64,000 bases of DNA from an uncultured Actinomycetes bacterium (lineage in GTDB: Bacteria; Actinomycetota; UBA4738; HRBIN12), in the NCBI GenBank assembly GCA_963695975.1, contig CAVOIB010000002.1:589855-653854 (forward strand), read 5' to 3'. Below, one piece after another: positions 40,060 through 48,581 of this stretch (position 1 is its first letter; each line of letters opens with the position of its first letter). Under the pieces are notes generated by a model. That model was not told the DNA's origin. It worked only from the letters and a program-made list of their open reading frames with translations, and ran no database searches. The translations under genes were made by a program, and so were the position numbers.

Positions 40060-41111
40060 CATACAGGATCGGGGTCATCCCCGGCGACGGGACCGGCCCC
40101 GAGGTCGTTCGCGAAGGGCTGAAGGTGCTCGACGCCGTCAAGGGCGTGGAGGGCTTCGACGTCGAGCTGGTCGAGTTCGACCTGGGCGGCGAGCGCTACC
40201 TGCGGACGGGGGACACGCTCCCCGACGACGAGCTCGCCCGGCTCCGTGAGATGCACGCCCTATTGCTGGGCGCCGTGGGGCATCCGGACGTCAGGCCGGG
40301 GATCCTGGAGCGGGAGCTGTTGCTGCGCGCACGGTTCGAGCTTGACCAGTACGTGAACCTCCGGCCGGTGATCCGCTACCCGGGCGTCGAGACGCTCGTG
40401 CCGTCACACACGGAGGACGACGTGAACATGGTGGTCGTCCGCGAGAACAGTGAGGGCCTCTACAGCGGGGCGGGCGGGTTCCACCGCAAGGGCACTCCCC
40501 ATGAGGTCGCCGTGCAGGAGTCGATCAACACCCGCCACGGCGTGGAGCGGATCGTCCGCTACGCGTTCGAACTCGCGATGCGCCCGGAGCGCCGCCGGAA
40601 GCTCACGCTCGTTCACAAGACGAACGTACTGACGTTCGCCGGCGATCTGTACCAGCGCGTGGTGGACGAGGTCGCCGCTGAATATCCGGAGGTGACGGCC
40701 GACTATGCGCACGTCGACGCCGCGTGCATCTACTTCCTGGATCAGCCGAGCCGGTTCGACGTGATCGTCACCGATAACATCTTCGGGGACATCATCACGG
40801 ACCTCGGAGCGATGATCCAGGGCGGCATGGGGGTCGCGGCCGGCGGCAACATCAACCCCGACGGCGTGAGCATGTTCGAGCCGATCGGCGGAACGGCGCC
40901 CGACCACGCCGGGAAGGCCACGATCAACCCGCTCGCGGCGATCGGCGCTGTTCGGCTGCTGCTGCTGCAGCTCGGCGAGGCGAATGCCGCCGGGCGCATC
41001 GACACGGGCATCCGGTTCGCGGCGTCGAAGATGTCGTCGATGCGGGCCGGTGAGATGGGGTACTCGACCCCGGAGGTCGGCGATCTCGTGGTGGAGGGAG
41101 CGACGGGATGA
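40056..41111 (+). CDS. leuB: 3-isopropylmalate dehydrogenase
   Basis: Isocitrate/IPM dehydrogenase signature NLFGDIITDLGA. GTG start overlaps the leuA stop. Confidence 0.9.
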   Translation: MTYRIGVIPGDGTGPEVVREGLKVLDAVKGVEGFDVELVEFDLGGERYLRTGDTLPDDELARLREMHALLLGAVGHPDVRPGILERELLLRARFELDQYVNLRPVIRYPGVETLVPSHTEDDVNMVVVRENSEGLYSGAGGFHRKGTPHEVAVQESINTRHGVERIVRYAFELAMRPERRRKLTLVHKTNVLTFAGDLYQRVVDEVAAEYPEVTADYAHVDAACIYFLDQPSRFDVIVTDNIFGDIITDLGAMIQGGMGVAAGGNINPDGVSMFEPIGGTAPDHAGKATINPLAAIGAVRLLLLQLGEANAAGRIDTGIRFAASKMSSMRAGEMGYSTPEVGDLVVEGATG

Positions 41112-42682
41112 AGGTCGAGCTCTACGACACCACGCTCCGCGACGGCGCCCAGGGCACGGGCCTGTCGTACTCGATCGAGGACCGCCTGCGGATCCTCCAC
41201 AAGATCGACCAGCTCGGTGTGCCGTACATCGAGGGCGGCTGGCCGGGCGCGAACCCGCGCGATACCGAGTTCTTCAAGCTCGCCACGAAGGAGACCCTGC
41301 AACACGCGGCGCTGACCTCGTTCGGGATGACGCGCAAGGCAGGTGAGCGCGCCGAGGACAGCGCGGTGCTCCGCGAGCTGCTCGACACCGGGACGGAGGT
41401 CGTCTGCCTGGTCGGCAAGTCCTGGGACCTGCACGTGACCGAGGCCCTCCGCACGGATCTCGACGAGGGCGTCGCCATGGTGCGGGACTCGATCGCGTTC
41501 CTCCGTGCGCAGGGCAGGCGGGTGTTCTTCGACGCGGAGCACTTCTTCGACGGCTACCGGAGCGATCCGGCGTTCGCGATGCGAGTGATCGAGGCGGCAC
41601 AGGAAGCCGGTGCCGAGCGGCTGGTCCTGTGCGACACGAACGGCGGCATGCTGCCGTTCGACGTGGCGCGGATCGTGGACGAGGTCGGCACGAGCGTCGA
41701 GACCCCACTCGGGATCCACGTGCACAACGATGCGGGGTGCGCGGTGGCCAACTCGCTCATCGCGGTGGAACACGGGGCCTTCCAGGTCCAAGGCGTGGTG
41801 AACGGCTACGGGGAGCGGACCGGCAACGCCGACCTGATCCCGGTCGCGGCGAACCTCGTGCTCAAGATGGGCGCGGACTGCCTTCCCGAGGGCGCTGTCG
41901 AGAGACTCACGGAGGTCGCGCACTACGTCGCCGAGGTGGCGAACGTGGCGCCCGACTCACACCAGCCCTACGCCGGGCGCTACGCGTTCACGCACAAGGC
42001 CGGGCTCCACGCCAGCGGCCTGGCGCGCCTGGAGGAGGCCTACGAACACGTGCCGCCGTCATCGGTCGGGAATCGCCGCGGCGTGGTGGCGAGCGACCTG
42101 GGCGGGGCGGCCACCCTCCAGATGAAGGCCGACGAGTTCGGCATCGAGGTGGCAGTTACCACGATCCCGGCGATCCTCACGGAGCTGAAGGAGCGCGAGT
42201 CCCGCGGCTACACGTTCGAGGTGGCCGACGCGTCGCTCGAGCTCCTGATGCGTCACGCGAGCGGGTGGCGGCAGCCGTTCTTCCGGATCGAGAGCTTCCG
42301 CGTGCATGTCGAGCAGCGTATGGACGATCAGGAAGAGGCGCTCGCCGAGGCCACCGTGAAGGTCATCACGAAGGGCACCCGTCACGTGGAGAGCGCCGAG
42401 GGTCACGGACCGGTGGGCGCGTTGGACAACGCTCTCCGCAAGGCGCTTTCGAACGAGTACCCAGCGCTCGACGACATGACGCTCGAGGACTACCGCGTCC
42501 GCGTGCTCGACGAGACCGTCGGCACGGGCGCGACGGTACGCGTGCTGATCGACACCTCGAACGGCGAGCGCGAATGGACCACCGTCGGGGTGTCGGAGAA
42601 CATCATCGAGGCGTCCTGGGAGGCGCTGGTCGACGCGTACCTCTACGGTCTCCTCCATCCTCGGGAGGACATCGAGGCGTGA
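41108..42682 (+). CDS. cimA: Second LeuA-family synthase, citramalate-synthase (CimA)-like
   Basis: 524 aa with the same HMGL barrel (YDTTLRDGAQ; HVHNDAGCAVANS) and a C-terminal LeuA_dimer-type domain. The architecture is typical of CimA-clade paralogs. Start overlaps the leuB stop. Confidence 0.7.
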   Translation: MKVELYDTTLRDGAQGTGLSYSIEDRLRILHKIDQLGVPYIEGGWPGANPRDTEFFKLATKETLQHAALTSFGMTRKAGERAEDSAVLRELLDTGTEVVCLVGKSWDLHVTEALRTDLDEGVAMVRDSIAFLRAQGRRVFFDAEHFFDGYRSDPAFAMRVIEAAQEAGAERLVLCDTNGGMLPFDVARIVDEVGTSVETPLGIHVHNDAGCAVANSLIAVEHGAFQVQGVVNGYGERTGNADLIPVAANLVLKMGADCLPEGAVERLTEVAHYVAEVANVAPDSHQPYAGRYAFTHKAGLHASGLARLEEAYEHVPPSSVGNRRGVVASDLGGAATLQMKADEFGIEVAVTTIPAILTELKERESRGYTFEVADASLELLMRHASGWRQPFFRIESFRVHVEQRMDDQEEALAEATVKVITKGTRHVESAEGHGPVGALDNALRKALSNEYPALDDMTLEDYRVRVLDETVGTGATVRVLIDTSNGEREWTTVGVSENIIEASWEALVDAYLYGLLHPREDIEA

Positions 42683-42699
42683 GTTTCGCGACTCGCCGC

Positions 42700-43923
42700 T
42701 CAGACGGGCGGGGAGGCTCGGCGGCTCGCCCACCGGACGATCGCATCCTCGATCTGGACCGCCTCGTCCTTGGTCATCCCCCGTGAGACGATCGAGAACT
42801 CGACCCAGTCGCCGATCTTGGCGGACCACACCCAGCCAGACAGGGCCGAGATCGCGTTCAACGTGCCCGTCTTCGCGCGCACGCGCAGATGGCCGAGCCG
42901 TTCCTCCAAGGTTCCCTGACCACCGGTTGGGAGCGCCCGCCGCAGATCCTTGGCCCACGGCTGTTCGTCGGCCACCCAGAGGAGCCGCACCATCCCCTGC
43001 GCGGTGATGCGATCCGCGTAGGAGAGCCCCGACGAATCGTGGTGCTCGAACTCCGGGGCTCCGTTCGCGGCGGTGTACGCGTCGATCGCCTCGGCGGCTT
43101 GGGCGATCGACCCGGTGCCTGAGGTCTCGGCGCCCAGGAGCTTCCCCAGCACTTCCGCATCGAAGTTGTTCGAGTCCACGTCCATGCGACGGACGATGTC
43201 GATCACTGGAGCGGAATCGACCGTCGCGATCCTCACGAGTTCCGAACCTGGCGAGCCCATCGCGGGATCGCCGTCGACGGCGACCCCCCGGCGACGGAGG
43301 CTCTTCGTCAGATACGCGGCGGCGCGCGCCTCCGGGTCGTCGATGTGCCGACCCTCCGGACCGACGTTGCCGCGGAACGTCAGCGCCGTCGGGAACGGAA
43401 CCTCGTCGGCGGTGAAGTAGTCCCTCCATCCCTTCGCCCACCAGTCGCGTTCGAACGGACCCGTATCGCCGATCACCGAGCCGGTGATCTGGGTGATCCC
43501 TGCGTCGACGATGGCCGAGGCGAGCGTGTCCAGGGTCGTGGGCAGAACCTCCGGGTCGCCGTGACCCTCGATCCACAGGTCACCCTCGAGCACGCCGCCG
43601 ACCGGCGGAGCGGCGGCCTTCGCGCGCGTGGCGATCACGTGATCCGGACCAACCGTCGAGAGCAGAGCCATCGACAGGAGCAGCTTCTCGTTCGATGCGG
43701 GGATCCGCCTCACCCAGCCCAGGTGGCGATACCAGAACGCACCGTCGTCGCCGATCGCGACGGACATCTGCCGGTCGCCGACGAGTGCATCGATCCGTTG
43801 CTGCCAGTCGGTCGCGGACGTCCGTCGCGCTGGGGGCGCTGCCGGGGACGCATGCGCGGTCGCGGCCGTAACGGTCAACATCGAACCGACGAGGAGGACG
43901 GCGGCGACGAGGCGGGTACGCAT
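42700..43923 (-). CDS. dacB: D-alanyl-D-alanine carboxypeptidase/endopeptidase (PBP4, peptidase S13)
   Basis: Signal peptide and an SxxK-like ASNEKLL motif, 407 aa. Confidence 0.75.
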   Translation of the reverse strand: MRTRLVAAVLLVGSMLTVTAATAHASPAAPPARRTSATDWQQRIDALVGDRQMSVAIGDDGAFWYRHLGWVRRIPASNEKLLLSMALLSTVGPDHVIATRAKAAAPPVGGVLEGDLWIEGHGDPEVLPTTLDTLASAIVDAGITQITGSVIGDTGPFERDWWAKGWRDYFTADEVPFPTALTFRGNVGPEGRHIDDPEARAAAYLTKSLRRRGVAVDGDPAMGSPGSELVRIATVDSAPVIDIVRRMDVDSNNFDAEVLGKLLGAETSGTGSIAQAAEAIDAYTAANGAPEFEHHDSSGLSYADRITAQGMVRLLWVADEQPWAKDLRRALPTGGQGTLEERLGHLRVRAKTGTLNAISALSGWVWSAKIGDWVEFSIVSRGMTKDEAVQIEDAIVRWASRRASPPV

Positions 43924-43972
43924 GATCGCTCGATGGTACGAGGTGGATCGACGGTCGCCCGGGAGCCGCCCG

Positions 43973-46900
43973 CTAGCGATCGTGAGCGAGCGCCTCAGCC
44001 TCGCGCTGCATCTCGGCCCGCTCCTCGAGCAGCGTGTTCAACGCGTGTGGTTCGAGCGGCCGGGCGAAGAGGAAGCCCTGTCCCAGGTCGCACTTCAGCT
44101 CCATCAGGCGTTCGAGCTGATCGGGGCGCTCGATCCCCTCGGCCACCGGTGTCAGATTGAGGATGCCCGCGAGCTCGATCACGGCTGCCGTGAGCGCCGA
44201 GGACTCCCCGCCCTCGCTCACCTCGTCGATGAAGGACTTGTCGACCTTCAAGATGTCTACGGGGAACCGTCGCACGTAGTTGAGCGAGGAATACCCGGTT
44301 CCGAAGTCATCGATCGCCAGCAGCACACCGAGCTGCTTCAGCTGCTTCAGCCGCTCGATCGCGAGCTCCATGTCCTGCATGACCATGCTCTCGGTGATCT
44401 CCAGGACCAGTGCTGATGGCTGCAACCTTGTCTCGTCGAGGAGATCCCGGACCTCGTCCACGATCTCCGGTCGCGCCAGCTGACGGGCCGACAGGTTGAC
44501 GGCCATGTGGAACGGCGGGTCCATCGGGAACCGGTCCTGCAGCTCGACCGCGTACCGTGCGGCCTGTTCGAGCACCCACCGGCCGATCGGCACGATCAGC
44601 CCCGTCTCCTCGGCGAGCGGGATGAACTCGAGCGGCTGGACCAACCCGCGCTCCGGATGGACCCAGCGGATCAGCGCCTCGACGCCGTTGATGCGCCCGG
44701 TTTCGAGCTCGATCACCGGTTGGTAGTGCAAGACGAACTCCTCGTGCTCGAGGGCGCGCTGCAGGTCCGCCTTCAACTCGAGGCGGCGGAGCGCCGTGTC
44801 GTGCATCTCGGGCTCGAACACCTGGTACCTGCCCTTGCCGCGCTCCTTGGCCATGTACATCGCCACGTCCGCGTTGCGGAGCAGTTCCTCCGCAGCGTCC
44901 TCGCCGGTCCCCGCCGTGCCGTCCGCGACCGCGATGCCGACGCTGGCTCGGACGAACACCTCCTTGCCCTCGAGCAGGAACGGCTCCTGGAGCATCTGCA
45001 TGATGCGTTCGGCGACGTCGGCGGCCTGGACTCCGTCGCCGCCATCCTCGAGCAGGATCGCGAACTCGTCGCCGCCCAAACGCGCGGCGGTATCGGCGGC
45101 GCGGAGCGTACCTTTCAAGCGTTCGCCGACCTCCGCTAGCAATCCGTCGCCCGCGGCGTGGCCGAGCGAGTCGTTGATCGTCTTGAAGTCGTCTAGGTCC
45201 ATGAACAGCACCGAGATCGGGCGTCGATCACGCTCCTGGCGTTCGATCGCGTGCAGGACACGGTCCCGGAAGAGCGCGCGGTTCGCGAGGTTCGTGATCG
45301 AATCGTGGAAGGCCTGGCGTTCGAGCTCCGCTTCGAACTGCTTGCGCTCGGTGATGTCTCGCGTGTTGAGGACGATGCCGCGCACGTTGGGGTCGTGGAG
45401 CAGGCTCGTGCGGAGCGTCTCGGTGAACAGGTACGACCCGCTCCGGTGGCGCAGGCGGAACTCTAGGAGGCTCGTGCTGCCCTCGCCCTCGATCGCAGAG
45501 GAGAGGAACGACAGGGCGCGTGTCTTGTCGTCGGGGTGGATCAGATCGATGAAGCGGCTCCCCTCCAACTCCTCGGGTTCGAACCCGAGGACGCGAGAGG
45601 CCGACGGACTGGCGTAGCGGACCACCGTGTCCGGCTCGATCACCGTCACGATATCGGAGGAGTTCTTCACCAGCGACGCGAACCGCGCCTCGCTCTGGCG
45701 GATCAGCAGGTCCTCGGTGAGCGCAGCGCTCTCCAAGGCGAGCGCGACCTGCGACGAGAGGGCCCGGAGGCTGTCGGTGACCGAGAGGCTCATCTCGAGC
45801 GGGGTCGCGACCACCATCAGGCCGCGGAACGCATCCCGCATGAAGATCGGGGCGACGAGCACCGACCCCTGGTCCTCGGGGGGGAGCGCCAGCGGATCAC
45901 GCAGGGTGCTCTCGTAGGACCTGACGACGTATGCGTCGCGCTCCATAAGCCGTTGTCGCTTCCATTCTTGCAGGACCGAGAACGACAGGTGCAGGCCAAG
46001 GACGTCGGCGGTTCCACCTTCGGCCGCCACCACGACCAGTTCGTCGGGTGCGTCGCCGACGACCTCGCAGAACCGTACCGCCGCATCCGCGCCGGCGAGC
46101 GTCCGTGCAGCCTCGATCGCCGCCTGGTGGATCGCATCGCGGTTCGTCGCCGTGACGAGGGCGAGCCCCGCCTCACGGAGCGCTCGCTCGCGCGCGGCCG
46201 ACTGCTCCTGTGTCCGAACCAGGCCGGCCATCCTCGCGATCACCAAGAGGAACAGCACCACGGAGGCGGCGATCACCACGAGCTCGTCGGTGCGTGCGAT
46301 AGCGGAGGCAGGCGTGTCCGCCAGGCGCGAGAGCAGCATCGCGCCGGTGATCGGGGCGATCAGCGACACGATCGCCAACACGACAAGCCGGAAACGAGAC
46401 AGCGCCCGGCGGACCTCGGTCGAGCGTTCGGAGAAGAGCTTCGATGCAGGATGCAGCGCCGCCGCGCCCAACAACAGGTAGAACGCGGCCCAGCCTCCCT
46501 CTAGGTAGCCCGTCTGGTTGTCGTATCCACCGTGCAGTCCGTACCAGCCGTAGATCGCGTCGGTCACGAACAGCGCCAACACCGCCGCGAGCACCAGATA
46601 GAAGGCGCCGCTGCGACGGCCGCCGCCGACCGCCAGACGGATCGCTCCCGTGATCAGCATCAGGTCGAACAGCGGGTAGCCCATCGATACCAGCTTCTGC
46701 AGCGAGGTGAGGGAGGAGTCGTGCGAGTAAGGCGCGATGAGGAACACCCACGAGAGGACCCCGACGCCGACCGCGACGATCAGCGAATCGATCATGCTGT
46801 CGCGGTCGCGGCCCGGGTTGCGGCGCCGCATCAGAAGGAGCATGCCCGCGAGCAGGCATGGGTAGACCGAGAGGTAGAACACGTCGCCGATCGACGGGTA

Positions 46901-47161
46901 GGGAAGCTCCGTGCCGAAGAACCGCTCGTAGTTGTACGTGATCACGTCGCCGGCCACGAAGAGGGCCTGGCCGAGCGCGATCAAGATCCACGGCAGCTTG
47001 TACTCCACGTGGTTCATGCGAAGCGCGATCAGGATCACGATCGGGGATGAGATCGCGATGAGGTTCAGTAGGGCGCCGATGCGCAGTCCCGGCACGGTGA
47101 GGAAGGCCACGGTCGTGATCGACCCCAGCAACAGGTACACGAGCCACGCTCGTGACTTCAT
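43973..47161 (-). CDS. Membrane sensor, GAF, PAS, GGDEF and EAL cyclic-di-GMP turnover protein
   Basis: N-terminal polytopic domain of ~290 aa. Intact GGDEF (RLGGDEF) and EAL (EALIRW...DDFGTGYSSL) motifs. 1062 aa. Confidence 0.85.
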   Translation of the reverse strand: MKSRAWLVYLLLGSITTVAFLTVPGLRIGALLNLIAISSPIVILIALRMNHVEYKLPWILIALGQALFVAGDVITYNYERFFGTELPYPSIGDVFYLSVYPCLLAGMLLLMRRRNPGRDRDSMIDSLIVAVGVGVLSWVFLIAPYSHDSSLTSLQKLVSMGYPLFDLMLITGAIRLAVGGGRRSGAFYLVLAAVLALFVTDAIYGWYGLHGGYDNQTGYLEGGWAAFYLLLGAAALHPASKLFSERSTEVRRALSRFRLVVLAIVSLIAPITGAMLLSRLADTPASAIARTDELVVIAASVVLFLLVIARMAGLVRTQEQSAARERALREAGLALVTATNRDAIHQAAIEAARTLAGADAAVRFCEVVGDAPDELVVVAAEGGTADVLGLHLSFSVLQEWKRQRLMERDAYVVRSYESTLRDPLALPPEDQGSVLVAPIFMRDAFRGLMVVATPLEMSLSVTDSLRALSSQVALALESAALTEDLLIRQSEARFASLVKNSSDIVTVIEPDTVVRYASPSASRVLGFEPEELEGSRFIDLIHPDDKTRALSFLSSAIEGEGSTSLLEFRLRHRSGSYLFTETLRTSLLHDPNVRGIVLNTRDITERKQFEAELERQAFHDSITNLANRALFRDRVLHAIERQERDRRPISVLFMDLDDFKTINDSLGHAAGDGLLAEVGERLKGTLRAADTAARLGGDEFAILLEDGGDGVQAADVAERIMQMLQEPFLLEGKEVFVRASVGIAVADGTAGTGEDAAEELLRNADVAMYMAKERGKGRYQVFEPEMHDTALRRLELKADLQRALEHEEFVLHYQPVIELETGRINGVEALIRWVHPERGLVQPLEFIPLAEETGLIVPIGRWVLEQAARYAVELQDRFPMDPPFHMAVNLSARQLARPEIVDEVRDLLDETRLQPSALVLEITESMVMQDMELAIERLKQLKQLGVLLAIDDFGTGYSSLNYVRRFPVDILKVDKSFIDEVSEGGESSALTAAVIELAGILNLTPVAEGIERPDQLERLMELKCDLGQGFLFARPLEPHALNTLLEERAEMQREAEALAHDR

Positions 47162-47215
47162 GGAGGTTGTATCGTCCCGCTCCCGGCCGACCCTTAGTAC
47201 GCAGGGAGCCGCGCG

Positions 47216-48514
47216 TTAGACGTCGGCCGTATGGGGGACGTGGGCGAGGTCCTCGGACCGTTCGACCGAACGCATCCCGGGCAGGAACAAGAACGAGAAC
47301 GTCACGATGGCCCCCAGGATCCCCGCACCGACGAGCGTGGCTCGCGCGCCGATGGCACTGGCCACGGGGCCGGTGAGCGCGTATGAGACGGGCAGGAGGC
47401 CGATCGACACGAACCAGTCGAGGCTCGATACCCGGCCAAGGAGCTGACGCGGGACCAGGCGCTGCTTCGTCGTCGCCCACACGATCGTGCCCGCCGTCTC
47501 GAGCGCGTTGAACAGGAAGCACGCGAGCATGGCCTGCCACGGCAGGTGCGCCAATCCGTAGCCGGCGACCGCGAGCGTGGACAGTGTCCAGGCGACGTAC
47601 ATGAACGTGATGAACTTCCGAGGTGCTCCGCGGTGCCCCATGATCAAGGCTGCGCCGATCGCGCCGACCCCGCCCATCGCCAGGATGATCCCGAGCGTGA
47701 GTGGGTTGCCTCCCCAGTCGGTCTTGACCAACAACGGCAACAGGACCTCCTGGGGACCGATGAACAAGAGATAGGCGAACGTCGCCGCGAGAAGGGTGCC
47801 CCACAGCCACACACGCGCGCGCACGAAGCGGAACCCTTCACGCACGTCTTCGAATGCGGTCCCGCTGCCGTCGAGGGGTGCATCGAGCGGGTGCGGACTC
47901 ATCATCAGCAGCGCGACGATCGAGGCACCGAACGTCGCGGCATCCATCAGGAACGCGCCACCGACGCTCCACCCCACGAGGGCCCCGCCGAGGGCGGGGC
48001 CGAGCAGGCGCCAGGCGGCCGGCCTGACGAACTGGTCGACCGAGTTCGCCTGGGTGAGCAGGTCGGATGCGACCAGATCGGGGACGATCGCGTCGAACGC
48101 CGGACCGAAGAACGCGGTCCCGCCTCCGTAGATCGCGGCGAGGACCATGAGGTGCCAGAGCTCGATGTGCCCCGTCAGCGAGAGCCATCCCATCGCGGCG
48201 ACCGACAGCCCGCGAACCAGGTCGGCGAGCAGCAGCACCCGGCGTCGGTCGAAGCGATCGCTCACGACGCCACCAGCCAGCAGGAAGATCACGTGGGGGA
48301 TGGTCATCGCCAGACCGACGAGCGAAAGGGCGGTCGGCGTGTCCGAGAGCTCGTACACCTGCCAGGCGAGGGCCACCAGGAAGATGCCGTCGCCGATCAG
48401 CGAGATGGTCATGCCCGACCAGAGCAGTCGGAAGTCGCGGTGTCGAAGCGGTTCGAGGATGACCGGGAGTCGCCGGCGCGACCTGCTCGGCTTCCCCTCT
48501 GGATCGGACCTCAT
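47216..48514 (-). CDS. MFS transporter
   Basis: Twelve TM segments. Start trimmed to MRSDPEG because the 490-aa track ORF overlaps the histidine-kinase gene. Confidence 0.75.
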   Translation of the reverse strand: MRSDPEGKPSRSRRRLPVILEPLRHRDFRLLWSGMTISLIGDGIFLVALAWQVYELSDTPTALSLVGLAMTIPHVIFLLAGGVVSDRFDRRRVLLLADLVRGLSVAAMGWLSLTGHIELWHLMVLAAIYGGGTAFFGPAFDAIVPDLVASDLLTQANSVDQFVRPAAWRLLGPALGGALVGWSVGGAFLMDAATFGASIVALLMMSPHPLDAPLDGSGTAFEDVREGFRFVRARVWLWGTLLAATFAYLLFIGPQEVLLPLLVKTDWGGNPLTLGIILAMGGVGAIGAALIMGHRGAPRKFITFMYVAWTLSTLAVAGYGLAHLPWQAMLACFLFNALETAGTIVWATTKQRLVPRQLLGRVSSLDWFVSIGLLPVSYALTGPVASAIGARATLVGAGILGAIVTFSFLFLPGMRSVERSEDLAHVPHTADV

Positions 48515-48581
48515 CGACCCCATCGACCTCTCTGTGTCGGCCGGCGTCCAGACCGGGCCCTTTCCGACTTCCCCCGAACGA

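Noticed and set aside
38401-40062. 553-aa - strand ORF and the 38805..39515 + ORF
   Set aside because: One is antisense and the other an alternative frame of leuA. The leuA frame carries the HMGL motifs.
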